DNA of 64,000 nucleotides from an uncultured Spirochaetota bacterium (GTDB lineage: Bacteria; Spirochaetota; Spirochaetia; SZUA-6; Fen-1364): assembly GCA_963820525.1 (NCBI GenBank), contig CAWGAA010000001.1, forward strand, positions 1,440,001-1,504,000, read 5' to 3'. The position numbers and the translations under genes were made by a program. The notes beneath the pieces are model-generated. The model ran no database searches and was not told the origin of the DNA. It saw nothing but the letters and a program-made list of their open reading frames with translations. Positions 10,494 to 20,607 of this stretch are shown one piece after another (within the stretch, counting starts at the first letter, position 1; each line of letters starts with the position of its first letter).

Positions 10494-11654
10494 TCAACGG
10501 CCTATGGCTTTCCTCTTCTTCTCCAGATACGCGAGGTAGTCGGAATAGGAGATATTGGGCGGCGCCAGGTGGTCGAGATGGGGGACGTATCCCCCCGCGT
10601 CCATGAGGGGCTTGATCCGCTCCAGCTCACGGTCGATCGAGGATCCCCCGGCGGCAATGGCTTCCTTGTTGATCCCGCCCCTGAGGAGGAGCTCTTTTCC
10701 GAACTTCCTCCTCCACCCGAGGTGATCGGCCCCCGCGTTCACCTCCAGGGGGAACATGATGTTCACCCCCGCCTCCAGCCACAGGGGGATGAGCGCTTCC
10801 GGGTTTCCATCGCAGTCCACTATGGACAGGGCGCAGCCCCGCTTCCTTGCTTCGTCCATGACCTTCATGTAGGCGGGGAGGAAGAAGCGCCGGAAAAGCT
10901 CGGGACCGACGAAAGGGCCGTTCTTGGATGCCATGTCCTCCCACCAGCTCACGTAATCCAGGGGGATGTCCGCGGGGAGCCGGGAGATCTGGCCCGCGCA
11001 CAGCTCGGCCCAGAAATCAGTCATTTCCTCAACAAGGGCCGGATCGTCGTAGAAACAGAGCGAGAGATTCTCGAACCCCATCCAGTTGCGAAGCTGGCCG
11101 TAGAACCCGGACATGCCCGCCGTGATCATCCGCCCTTCCCCGGCCGCGCGGCGGATGCGCTCCAGCTCCGTGTCTGAAAAGAAGCGCGTCGGGTCTTCGC
11201 GCCGGTAGCGGGCGGCGAGCTTCCGCCAGTCTTCGCGGCTTTCAACGGGGAACCTGATGAAGCGGGGGATGGAGCTTTCATCCACGTCGCTCAAGTACCG
11301 CTCGGACACGATGCCCCCCTGGTCCCTCATCACGGTGCGATCCCCCTCCTTCGAGATGACCTCCTCGGGAAAGCCGGGATTGATCTGCAGGCGCAGCTGG
11401 AGCTCTTCGCCCGAGGAATCGAATCCGAAGAACTCCTCCAGCTTCTTGTTGAACATATCCAGGGCGTCCTTCTCCCCGAAATGCTCGTGATCCTGATACC
11501 ACCAGTCGGTGAGGCTCCGAGGCAGGCCCTCCTTCAGCCACCGCCTGATCGTCTGTGGCCAGAAGCCGAACTCCAGGTCGGGGACGCGGTCAACGCGCTC
11601 GCCCCGAAAGAACAGGTAATACCTTTCCGTAACGACGTGGTTCGCGCTCCTCAT
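10494..11654 (-). CDS. Uroporphyrinogen decarboxylase / MtaA-CmuA methyltransferase family protein
   Basis: LRNWMGFENL, WEDMA, DCDGN, GGINK and GGYVPHLDH motifs typical of URO-D-like TIM barrels. Confidence 0.8.
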   Translation of the reverse strand: MRSANHVVTERYYLFFRGERVDRVPDLEFGFWPQTIRRWLKEGLPRSLTDWWYQDHEHFGEKDALDMFNKKLEEFFGFDSSGEELQLRLQINPGFPEEVISKEGDRTVMRDQGGIVSERYLSDVDESSIPRFIRFPVESREDWRKLAARYRREDPTRFFSDTELERIRRAAGEGRMITAGMSGFYGQLRNWMGFENLSLCFYDDPALVEEMTDFWAELCAGQISRLPADIPLDYVSWWEDMASKNGPFVGPELFRRFFLPAYMKVMDEARKRGCALSIVDCDGNPEALIPLWLEAGVNIMFPLEVNAGADHLGWRRKFGKELLLRGGINKEAIAAGGSSIDRELERIKPLMDAGGYVPHLDHLAPPNISYSDYLAYLEKKRKAIGR

Positions 11655-11740
11655 GGCCCCATGTTCGCACGAACTCTCCCCTCGCGCCAAGGCGAAAGCC
11701 GCGGGGGGTCGCCCGGCCGCGGCCGCCCGGGCAGCTTCGA

Positions 11741-11769
11741 TTGACAGGGCCCCGGAGCGGCACTACTCT
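11741..11769 (+). promoter_or_regulatory. Sigma70-type promoter TTGACA-N17-TACTCT for the aldolase-kinase pair
   Basis: Consensus -35, 17-nt spacer, -10 ending 9 nt before the ATG at 11779. Confidence 0.7.
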
Positions 11770-11778
11770 CTTGGGGCC

Positions 11779-12705
11779 ATGAATGCCGTACGCTCAGACA
11801 TGATCGTCCGCGCGGCCCGAGAGGCCGCGATAGTCGTTCCCTCGTTCAACGTCCCCCATCTTCCGATGGTGGAGCCGATCGTCAAAGCCGTCAGCGACGA
11901 GGAGTCCTTCGCTTTCATCGCGGTGGCCCGCATCGAATGGATGAAGCTGCAGAGCAAGAGCCTCGAAGCCGTGGCCGAGGAGTATGCGAGGCACAGGGAT
12001 GCCGGCCACGTTCGCCTTCACCTTGACCACGTCCCGGTCATCGACGAGGACAACCAGACCGTCGACTATCGCCGGATCATAGAGCGGGCGCTGGGGGCGG
12101 GCTACGATTCCGTCATGGTGGACGGCTCGCGCCTGAGCTTTGCCCAAAACGTCGCGGCCACCCGCTCCATCGTCGAGCTCTGCCACCGGACCAGGATCCC
12201 TGTGGAGGCGGAGCTCGGGTCGGTATTCGGCCATGAGGCCGGCCCTCAGCTTCCCTACGACGAGATCTTCCGCCTGAAGAAGGGGTTTACGGACGTGGAG
12301 GAGACGCGGGCTTTCGTGCGCGAGTCCGGCTGCGATTGGCTTTCCGTTGCGTTCGGCAGCATCCACGGGGCCGTATCCGAGGCGCTGCGAAACCAGCCGA
12401 AGGTGCCCGCGCGGCTTGACCTCGACCACCTGCGCCTGCTCGCCGAGGCGGCACGGATCCCGCTGGTCCTGCACGGCGGCTCCGCAATCCCCAAGGAATA
12501 TATCCGGGGCGCCATTGGCCTGGGGGTGGCGAAGGTCAACGTCGGCGCGGAGATCCGCCAGGCATACGAGAGCGCCCTCAAGCAGAGCGGATCCGTGCCG
12601 CCGGCCCAGGACAGGGTCTACGACGCGGTGAGGCGGATCATCAGGGACGTATTCGAGGTGAGCGGCAGCGCCAAGAAGCTGACGGGGCGCCCTCCCTCCC
12701 CATGA
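11779..12705 (+). CDS. Class II fructose/tagatose-bisphosphate aldolase family protein
   Basis: LHLDH, SVMVDGS, VEAELG, GSIHG, LVLHGGS, KVNVG. Confidence 0.9.
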   Translation: MNAVRSDMIVRAAREAAIVVPSFNVPHLPMVEPIVKAVSDEESFAFIAVARIEWMKLQSKSLEAVAEEYARHRDAGHVRLHLDHVPVIDEDNQTVDYRRIIERALGAGYDSVMVDGSRLSFAQNVAATRSIVELCHRTRIPVEAELGSVFGHEAGPQLPYDEIFRLKKGFTDVEETRAFVRESGCDWLSVAFGSIHGAVSEALRNQPKVPARLDLDHLRLLAEAARIPLVLHGGSAIPKEYIRGAIGLGVAKVNVGAEIRQAYESALKQSGSVPPAQDRVYDAVRRIIRDVFEVSGSAKKLTGRPPSP

Positions 12706-14252
12706 GCCTTCTGGGGATCGACATCGGGACCACCGGATGCAAGGCCGTGGTCTTCTCCCCTGACGGAAGGCGGCTTTCCTCATCGTACTCGGAATACCAC
12801 ATCGCTCACCCCGGAAGCGGCTGCGCAGAGCTCGACAGCGCATCGGTCTGGAGCAATGTCTGCCGAACAATCCGGGAGGCTGCTTCCCAGTGCCCCCGGG
12901 GGGATCCCATCACCGCACTTTCGATCGCGTCCATGGGAGAAGCCGTGGTGCCCGTAAGCGTTGACCGCCGCATCCTCGGCCCCTCCCTCCTGAACATCGA
13001 CGCGCGCGGAAACTCATATCTCCCACAGCTTCGAGAACGGATTTCGGACCTGGAGCTGTACCGGATCAACGGAAACTCGTGGGGCGCCCAGTACAGCGTC
13101 ACCAAGCTCATGTGGATGAAGAAGCACGACACCGCGCTGTATGCATCAACAGCGAAATTTCTCCACTGGGCGGGCTTCGCGGCCTTCATGATGGGATGCG
13201 AGCCTTTCGTCGACTATTCGCTTGCAAACAGAAGCCTGCTCTTCGACATCAACAGGCTGGATTGGTCCGATGAGCTTCTGGCGGTCAGCGGGATAGATCG
13301 CGAGAAGCTCCCCCCCTGCGTTGCCCCCGGAACCGAGGTGGGCACGGTCGGGCGCGGTATTGCAGGCGAGCTCGGCCTGCCCGAGGGAGCGAGGATCGTG
13401 AGCGGAGCTCATGACCAATGCGCCAACTCCCTGGGCTGCGGTGCGATCTCGGAGGGCACGGGGATGTTCGGCATGGGCACGTTCTCCACCATCGCCCCGA
13501 CATACACGGAGAGGAAGGACGCGAGAGCCATGGTGCGCTTCGGGTTGAACACGGAGCACCATGCCATTCCCGGCCATTTCATCACCTTCATCTTCCACAT
13601 GGGAGGCGCCGCCGTGAAGTGGTACCGGGACACCCTCGCTTCGGCGGAGGCGGCCGCCGCCCGAGCCGGCGGGCTGGACGCCTACCCGCCCCTGTTCGCG
13701 GAGCTTCCGGCGGGTCCCGCTTCGGTATTCGTTCTGCCGCATTTCGCCCCTATGGGCCCCTCCGACTTCAGAGACGATTCCAGCGGCGTCATCCTCGGGC
13801 TGGGACTGAAGACGAGCCGCGCCGACATCCTCAAAGGCGTGCTCGAGGCCAACCTCTTCGCGTTGAAGGAAAGCGTCGAGGTTCTTCCCTTCCTGGGCAT
13901 CCCCCTTCGCACTCTCCGCGCCGTCGGGGGAGGCTCGCGCTCCGACGCGGCGGTGCAGCTCTCCGCCGACATCCTGGGCATCCCGCATGAAAGACCCGAC
14001 GTCACCGAGGCCGGGGCGCTTGGCGCCGCGCTGCTCGCCGGAAAGGCGGAGGGGGTGTACTCCTCGTATGCGGAAGCGGCTGAGACAGCCGTGCGGCTGA
14101 CGGGAAGGTTCGAGCCGGACCAGGACGCGGCCGCGGCGTACCGCGAGCGCTACGCGAGATATAAAGACTACAAGGAGAAGCTCCTGGCGCTGACGAGAGA
14201 CTGGGAGTCGTACAAGGCTGGAACACGGGGTGATGCGGGGCCCGAGGGCTAG
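12702..14252 (+). CDS. FGGY-family carbohydrate kinase (xylulokinase-like)
   Basis: LGIDIGTTGCK, GAHDQ, GGGSRS, EAGALGAA; ATGA overlap with the aldolase gene. Confidence 0.9.
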   Translation: MSLLGIDIGTTGCKAVVFSPDGRRLSSSYSEYHIAHPGSGCAELDSASVWSNVCRTIREAASQCPRGDPITALSIASMGEAVVPVSVDRRILGPSLLNIDARGNSYLPQLRERISDLELYRINGNSWGAQYSVTKLMWMKKHDTALYASTAKFLHWAGFAAFMMGCEPFVDYSLANRSLLFDINRLDWSDELLAVSGIDREKLPPCVAPGTEVGTVGRGIAGELGLPEGARIVSGAHDQCANSLGCGAISEGTGMFGMGTFSTIAPTYTERKDARAMVRFGLNTEHHAIPGHFITFIFHMGGAAVKWYRDTLASAEAAAARAGGLDAYPPLFAELPAGPASVFVLPHFAPMGPSDFRDDSSGVILGLGLKTSRADILKGVLEANLFALKESVEVLPFLGIPLRTLRAVGGGSRSDAAVQLSADILGIPHERPDVTEAGALGAALLAGKAEGVYSSYAEAAETAVRLTGRFEPDQDAAAAYRERYARYKDYKEKLLALTRDWESYKAGTRGDAGPEG

Positions 14253-16722
14253 AGCCTGCCTCGAAGCAGGCCGAGCAGGTCCGCCTCGTTGAATGGCTTG
14301 GAGAGAAAGGAATCCATTCCCACTTCGAGGCAGCGGCCCCTGTCTCCGCCCATCGCGTAGCCGGTCAATGCGATGATGGGAAGACAGCGCACCCGAGGGT
14401 CGGGGTGCGACCTGATTGCCCGCGCGCACTCGATCCCGTCCATGCCCGGCATCTGGACGTCCATGAGGATCATGGCGGGAAGCTCCCCGCGCAGGAGCTC
14501 AAGCACTTCATGGCCATTGAAGGCGGGAAGAACCCGGAATCCTTCTTTCTCCAGAACGCTCTGGATGAAAAGGAGGTTGATCGCATTGTCCTCGGCGACG
14601 ATGAGCGTCCCTCCCCCCGGCATTCCGTCGGAGGCCGCTGTGCTCAGGGCGGGCGCTTCCCTCGCTTCGGGCGCCGCGCGCGCGATCCGGGCGGGGATCC
14701 GCACGGTGAACACGGACCCCGAGCCCACCTCGCTGTGCACGCTCACGGTTCCGCGCAACACGTCGATGAGGCGTTTGACGATGCTCAGGCCCAGCCCCGC
14801 TCCCTCGTGGCGCTTCGAGTAGGAGCTGTCGAGCCGGCGGAAGCGCTCGAAAATGAGGTCACAAGCGTCCCGCGGTATCCCGATCCCCGTATCGCGCACC
14901 TCGAAGACCAGGAGGACCCGGCTCTCGTCCACAAAAAGCGTGCCCGCCGTGAGCTTGACGCTCCCGCGTTCCGTGAACTTCACGGCATTGCCGATCAGGT
15001 TGACGAGGATCTGGCTCACCATCTGCGGGTCGGTCTCCACGCAGTCGGGAAGCTCGTCGAGGAAGGAAGTGAGGGCGATCGACTTCTCGGCGGCCGCAAC
15101 CTCGAGGGCGTCGAGAATGCCGGCGCACAGCCTCTTCACGTCCACAACCTCGAAGCGCGGCTTTCTCACCCCGGACTCAAGCATCTCCAGGTCGAGGATA
15201 TCGTTCACGATTCCCAGGAGGAGCGTTCCTGATTCATTCAGGTGCTGGACGTACACGCGCTGGATGTTGCTCAAGTGAGTCTGCGAGAGCAGCGAAGCCA
15301 TCCCGAGAATCCCCGTGAGAGGGTCCTGATCTCATGGCTCATATTCGAGAGAAAGGCGCTCTTGATCTCGAGGGCTTTTTCGGCGGCCTCCTTCGCCTTC
15401 TCCGAGGCGGCCCGGGCGGCTCGCGTTTCCTCCTCGGCCCGTATCGCTTTCGAGACGTCGCGCGCGTTGGCCAGGATCCCGCCGATCTCGGGGTCGGCGA
15501 GGAGGTTGACGCAGCCGGCCTCGATGTCCACCCATCCCCCCTTCTTCACCCTCTGGCGGAAGCGCAGGGTGATGGAAGAGCCCGGCCTTTTTATGATCGA
15601 CGCGATCGCCTCGCTCACGCGGCGGCGGTCGTCGGGATGGATGAGAGCCAAAGCGGACATCGAGGCGATCTCGACGGGCCGGAAACCGGTGAGACGCTCC
15701 GCCGCGGGGCTGACGAATTGCGGCTTGCCGTCAGGCCCCAGGATGAGCAGAGGATCGATCATCGAATCGATGATGAGCTTCAACCGCCGCTCGCTCGCCT
15801 TGAGGGATGTCTCCGCCCGAGCGCGCCTGGCATAGGCTGAGGAGAGGATGAGCGAAACGGAGGCGAGGAAGGTCGCGAAGAGCTGGAAGATGAGGACCCG
15901 CTCCTCGACTGATGGGGAGAGGGGAACGAGGCCTCCGCTTCCCCGCACCATGCCGATGACTCCTATGAAGCTCATCAGCAGGGAGACGACGGCGGAGAAG
16001 AAGGGTCCCGACCGCATTCCCGCCCAGAGGAATACGGGGTAGGAGACGAACAGCAGCACGATCGCCGGGAAGATCTCACGAGGCCGGGAGAAAAATGAAA
16101 GGCTCGCGGTGGCCGCGGAAACCGCTATCATGATGAGGATCTCGGCCCGACGGGATGCGGGAAGCCTTGCCCATTCAGCCTTCCCTGCCGAGAGTGAAAA
16201 GAAAAAGGGCAGGATCAGGATGGAAGAGACCGAGCCGGGGCTCGCCAGGGCGATCCAGCGGCGCAGGAACGACGCGAGGCCGCCGGCGCCGGCCGCGGCC
16301 TGGGGGAGAGCGCAGAGGGGATACACGATCAGAGCGGGAAGCAGGAGCACGACCAGCACGTGTTCGACGCGCTCCATGTCGACCTTCCCGCAGACGCGCC
16401 GAAGGAGCAGCGCCCCTCCCGCGCCTTCGACCACGGCGCGCGCCGCCCAGAGCGCGCTCGCGGAAAGGGCGGATCCTTCCAGGCCCGCCGCGCTCGCGAG
16501 CTGGGCCGCGAAAGCCGCGGGGATCAGGATGAGCCATTCCCGCATCGGGCGCAAGCACAGCGCGGCGAGCAGGAGAGCAGCCTGGGGCCAGAAAATGAAA
16601 AGCGAGTCGGAGGAGACTTCGAAGAGCAAGCCGATGCGGGCGGCGGCGTAATAGGCGCCCGCGAAGGCAAAAAGCTCGCCGAGGAGACGGAGGAATGGCC
16701 GGCCGCTGGGAGGAATCTTCAT
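14249..16722 (-). CDS. Hybrid histidine kinase (MASE1 - PAS - HisKA - HATPase - REC), frameshifted at 15321-15323
   Basis: N-terminal ORF ends NMSHEIRT; adding one C restores SHEIRTPLTGILGM and joins ORF 14249-15301 (NLIGNAVKFT, DTGIG, GAGLGL, MDVQMP). Confidence 0.87.
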
Positions 16723-16794
16723 GTCGAACTTGCTCGCTCACTTGAAGATAGCACGCAAAAGCGCGCTTTCCAGCGGTCCGGCCGGACGCCCCGC

Positions 16795-18456
16795 CTACTG
16801 GCCCTGGTCGCCCTCCTCCCCCTGATCTCCCTCTTCGAGCTTCTTTTTCTTCTTCGGTACGTTCGGCGCGGGGGAGCCTCCGGGCTGGCCCTGCCTGTCC
16901 TGGTTGAAGCTGCGCGCGTCACCAGCGGGCGTCCTGTTGGGGCGGGCCTGGTCTTGAGAGGCCGCGGGGGCCGCCTCGCCGTTCTGGTTCTGGATGCGCT
17001 TGGGAGCCTGTGCCGGCGCCGTGGGCTTTGCAGCTTCTCCCGCATCACGCGCCGCGGGGCCGACGAACGGGGTGCCGCGCGGAGTTGCGGATTGGGGCGC
17101 CACCCGGGCCCCCGGCTGCCGCGTAACGACTGTTCGCCCGCCCTCCTGGACCGGAGGCTGGGAAACGCGCACGCGGGCGGCGTCGGGGCGCGCCAGAACG
17201 CTTTCCCTTTGGGGAGCGACGGACGCCGTCATGCCGCCTATGGGGACGTTGGCTATCCGCTCCCTTGGGACTTGGACCGCCGCACGGTCCACTGGCTGGG
17301 AGCTCGCGAATGCGCCCTGAGGCACAGCCGTCACGGCCCCGGAGACGCCGCGGTTGACGTAGGCGACGCGGCCCACGTTGACGCTCCCGACGTTGACGTT
17401 GCGCACATGCCCGACGTTGATGTTGCGCACGTAGGATGAGCTTGCGTGGTACCCCGGAACGTACACTTCACGCGGCCCCAGGGGGAACCAGCCGATTCCG
17501 AAAGAGTCGCCGGAGAAGAACACGACGAGCGCGGGCGCGTAGACGGGGTGGAGGACGATCGAGCCCGGCACCCACACCCATATTCCCGTCACGTAGGCCC
17601 AGCGGCCGTAATGAAATGGCGCGAATCCCCACGGCTCGTCCGCGATCCAGGTCCATCCCCAGGGATCCTGCCAGGCCCAATGCCCGTAGTGATACGGGGC
17701 CCATCCCGCGCGGACTCCCGACGGGACCCAGACCGTTCCATAGCGGGGCACCACGCGCCATGTTCCGTACCAATCGAGGTCCTCGCAGCCGACCAGCTCG
17801 CGCGACACGTAGCGAACCGAGACGATGCTGTCCTCCTTGCGATCCCGCGCCAGGGCCCAGGCGTCCCAGTCGTCCCGGCCGGGAGCGGACTGGATTTCGT
17901 AGGTGGGAGAGCCGGCGCCTGTCACGACGACGGCCTGGTTTCGGTTCACCGCCACGAGGTCGGAGTCCACGGCCACTTCCAGCCTGCCGCTGCGGGCAAT
18001 GGCGGTCGTGTCTCCGCTGTCGCCGACGTCGATTCGATAGGAGCCAGGGACGACGAGCGTGACGCTCGCGTTGGGAGTGTCCACCTCGAAGACCTGGCCC
18101 GCGTCCAGGCGGCGCAACCGGATGTTGAGGGACCCCTGGGTGAGGCTGATCTGGGCGGTCTGGTCGTCCAGGGTCGCAAAGGAGAACTCGGTCATCGACG
18201 CCAGGCGAACGGCCGTCGAGCCGATGTGGACCTCGGCCATGGAATCCTGATCGGTCCACAGGTAGTCTCCCGTCGACAAGGGATAGTTCAGCGTGGCGGG
18301 AGCCCACTCATCGAGTGAGCCGGGTCGGAACGAGACCGTCCCGCTGATGAAGTTCAATCTCCCCACGCGCGCCGGCGGATCAGCCCAGATGCTTGACCCG
18401 CAGAGGAGAAAACCAGCAAGAAGAATTGCCAGGAGGTAAATCCTTTTCATGTTCAT
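16795..18456 (-). CDS. Secreted DUF6600 / FecR-like protein with Trp/Pro/Gly-rich repeats
   Basis: Signal peptide then DPPARVGRL, FecR-like beta region, WAPYHYGHW / WGFAPFHYGRW repeats, low-complexity tail; SD GGAGG at 18461-18465. Confidence 0.8.
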   Translation of the reverse strand: MNMKRIYLLAILLAGFLLCGSSIWADPPARVGRLNFISGTVSFRPGSLDEWAPATLNYPLSTGDYLWTDQDSMAEVHIGSTAVRLASMTEFSFATLDDQTAQISLTQGSLNIRLRRLDAGQVFEVDTPNASVTLVVPGSYRIDVGDSGDTTAIARSGRLEVAVDSDLVAVNRNQAVVVTGAGSPTYEIQSAPGRDDWDAWALARDRKEDSIVSVRYVSRELVGCEDLDWYGTWRVVPRYGTVWVPSGVRAGWAPYHYGHWAWQDPWGWTWIADEPWGFAPFHYGRWAYVTGIWVWVPGSIVLHPVYAPALVVFFSGDSFGIGWFPLGPREVYVPGYHASSSYVRNINVGHVRNVNVGSVNVGRVAYVNRGVSGAVTAVPQGAFASSQPVDRAAVQVPRERIANVPIGGMTASVAPQRESVLARPDAARVRVSQPPVQEGGRTVVTRQPGARVAPQSATPRGTPFVGPAARDAGEAAKPTAPAQAPKRIQNQNGEAAPAASQDQARPNRTPAGDARSFNQDRQGQPGGSPAPNVPKKKKKLEEGDQGEEGDQGQ

Positions 18457-18729
18457 ATGCCCTCCATGAAATATAAAACAATCTAACAGAAAAATTGACA
18501 CCAAAACAGTGGGGATTTCAGGATTAATAAGGAAGAAAAGGAATAATCTTTTGTTATGAGGTCCAGAAACAGCGCCCCGAGGCGGATCGTACCGGAGGGC
18601 ATTCCCTGGGTTGATTTTTTGTCCGCTCCATTGCACAAATAGCCGAGCAGAAGGAGAACGTATGAATAGCCTCAGTGTCGCGCATCGCGCTGCGGGTCTC
18701 AGCGGCCGAGCTCTCCGGCGGGAGGGACC

Positions 18730-20598
18730 ATGAGAATAAGATCCAAGCTGTTTCTCGTGATCTTCATCATGATCGCCGCATTCGTGGGCTCGATCGCGCT
18801 CTACTTCATCGTGCTCTCGCCCATCTCCCGGATGCAAGCCGAGCAGCAGATCCTCACAGACGTTCGAACCGCTTTTCTGGAGGAGGAGATCGCCGTCAAC
18901 GGGCTTTCCACCTCTCCGTTTCTGGCCCAGATGGAGGCGGTCAAGGCTGCCCTGAAAAAGACCTCGGAGGTGCTCCAACGGCTGGACTCCCTCACCGTGC
19001 TTCCCGGGGTCAATCAGTCCATCCGCGACGCGCTGGACACGATCCAGAGGCTTCGAGCCCTCCACGAGGAGAACCTCGCCGTCTCCTTCACGATAACGGC
19101 GCAGCGCGTCGAGCAGGACGCGCGGCAGATGTACGGCGCCGCCGGCGCCGGGGAGCTGGAAGGGGCCAACCTCTTCGACATCTCCTTCACGGCCAACGAG
19201 AAGAGGGCGCGGAAGGACACCACCGCCATCCTCGCCTTCGCTCATATATCGCTTCTCATCGGAAACCTCGGCACCCTCTCCTCGGGCCTCGACAGCGCCG
19301 TCCATGTCATCGAGGACCAGTACGCCGTGATCGCCAAGGAAGTCGGCGCGGTCCAGGCGCGCAGCACGATCATATCCGTGGCCAGCATCGCGCTGCTCGT
19401 GGCGGCGACGCTCCTCTTCGCTTTCCTGCTCACCAACGGCATCGCGCGCTCCATCGCCGCCATCGAGGGGAACATCGCCGCGATGATGAGAGGCGATCTC
19501 ACGCGCATGTTCGAAGTAAAGAGCCGCGACGAGGTGGGAACGCTCTCCGGCAACTTGAACCGCTTCATCTCCTCCCTGAAGGAATCGATGACCAGCGTGC
19601 AGGCGGTCTCATCCGAGAATGCCCGCATGAAGGACAGCCTGATGGTGACGACCGAGCAGACCTCCGCCTCGGCAACCGAAATGAGCGCCAACGCCGCATC
19701 CATCGACAGGCAGATTTCCACCCTGGACGAGAACCTCGCCTCCACGGGAGCGGCCGTCTCCAACATCGCGGACGGAATCGAGACCTTGAACCGGCAGATC
19801 GTGGAGCAGATGGCGATGGTGGAGGAGTCCACGGCCTCCGTGACGGAGATGATCGCCTCCATCGACAATATCGCGCGGATCGCCGACGCCCGGCGCGGCG
19901 CGACGGAAAAGCTGGTGAGCACCGTGACGGCCGGCGGCAAGAAGATGGGCACGACGATAGACGTGGTGAATCAGATCAACTCCAGCGTGGGAAGCATCCG
20001 CAACATCACCGGGATCATCCACGGCATCTCCGCCCAGACGAACCTCCTGGCCATGAACGCGGCCATCGAAGCGGCGCACGCGGGGGATGCGGGGCGGGGT
20101 TTTTCCGTGGTTGCCGACGAGATCAGAAAGCTCGCCGAGGCGTCGTCGTCCAACTCGAAGGAGATCGGAAAGATCCTCAAGGTGATCGTGGGCAGGATCC
20201 AGGACGCGATGTCCTCCGGCGAGGCGATGAACCTCGCCTTCGAGGAGATCGACCACGAGGTGCACAGCCTTTCCTCGTCGCTCGCCGAGATCTTCTCCAG
20301 CATGGGAGAGCTTCGAACGGGCGGAGACCAGATCCTCAAGGCGATGACGGTGCTGCAGGAGGTGTCCGCCAACGTGAAGGGAGGAGCGAACACGATCACG
20401 GACAACTCCGCCAGGATCCGCGGCTCGATGGAGTCGGTGCAGAGGATCTCCTCCGAGGTCCGCGGCGGGATCACTGAAATCTCGGTCGGGATCAGGGAGA
20501 TTTCGACGGCTGTGCAGAACGTGCTGGGCATCGTGGAACGCCTTGCGAGCCTTACCGACACCCTCAACGGCGAGCTTTCCAAGTTCCGCACGCAGTAG
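18730..20598 (+). CDS. Methyl-accepting chemotaxis protein
   Basis: Two TM segments, [39 protein letters not shown]. Confidence 0.95.
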   Translation: MRIRSKLFLVIFIMIAAFVGSIALYFIVLSPISRMQAEQQILTDVRTAFLEEEIAVNGLSTSPFLAQMEAVKAALKKTSEVLQRLDSLTVLPGVNQSIRDALDTIQRLRALHEENLAVSFTITAQRVEQDARQMYGAAGAGELEGANLFDISFTANEKRARKDTTAILAFAHISLLIGNLGTLSSGLDSAVHVIEDQYAVIAKEVGAVQARSTIISVASIALLVAATLLFAFLLTNGIARSIAAIEGNIAAMMRGDLTRMFEVKSRDEVGTLSGNLNRFISSLKESMTSVQAVSSENARMKDSLMVTTEQTSASATEMSANAASIDRQISTLDENLASTGAAVSNIADGIETLNRQIVEQMAMVEESTASVTEMIASIDNIARIADARRGATEKLVSTVTAGGKKMGTTIDVVNQINSSVGSIRNITGIIHGISAQTNLLAMNAAIEAAHAGDAGRGFSVVADEIRKLAEASSSNSKEIGKILKVIVGRIQDAMSSGEAMNLAFEEIDHEVHSLSSSLAEIFSSMGELRTGGDQILKAMTVLQEVSANVKGGANTITDNSARIRGSMESVQRISSEVRGGITEISVGIREISTAVQNVLGIVERLASLTDTLNGELSKFRTQ

Positions 20599-20607
20599 AG
20601 GGAGAGA

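Noticed and set aside
18457..19305. 283-codon upstream extension of the DUF6600 ORF
   Set aside because: Antisense to the MCP and intergenic DNA; the signal peptide and SD define the start at 18456.
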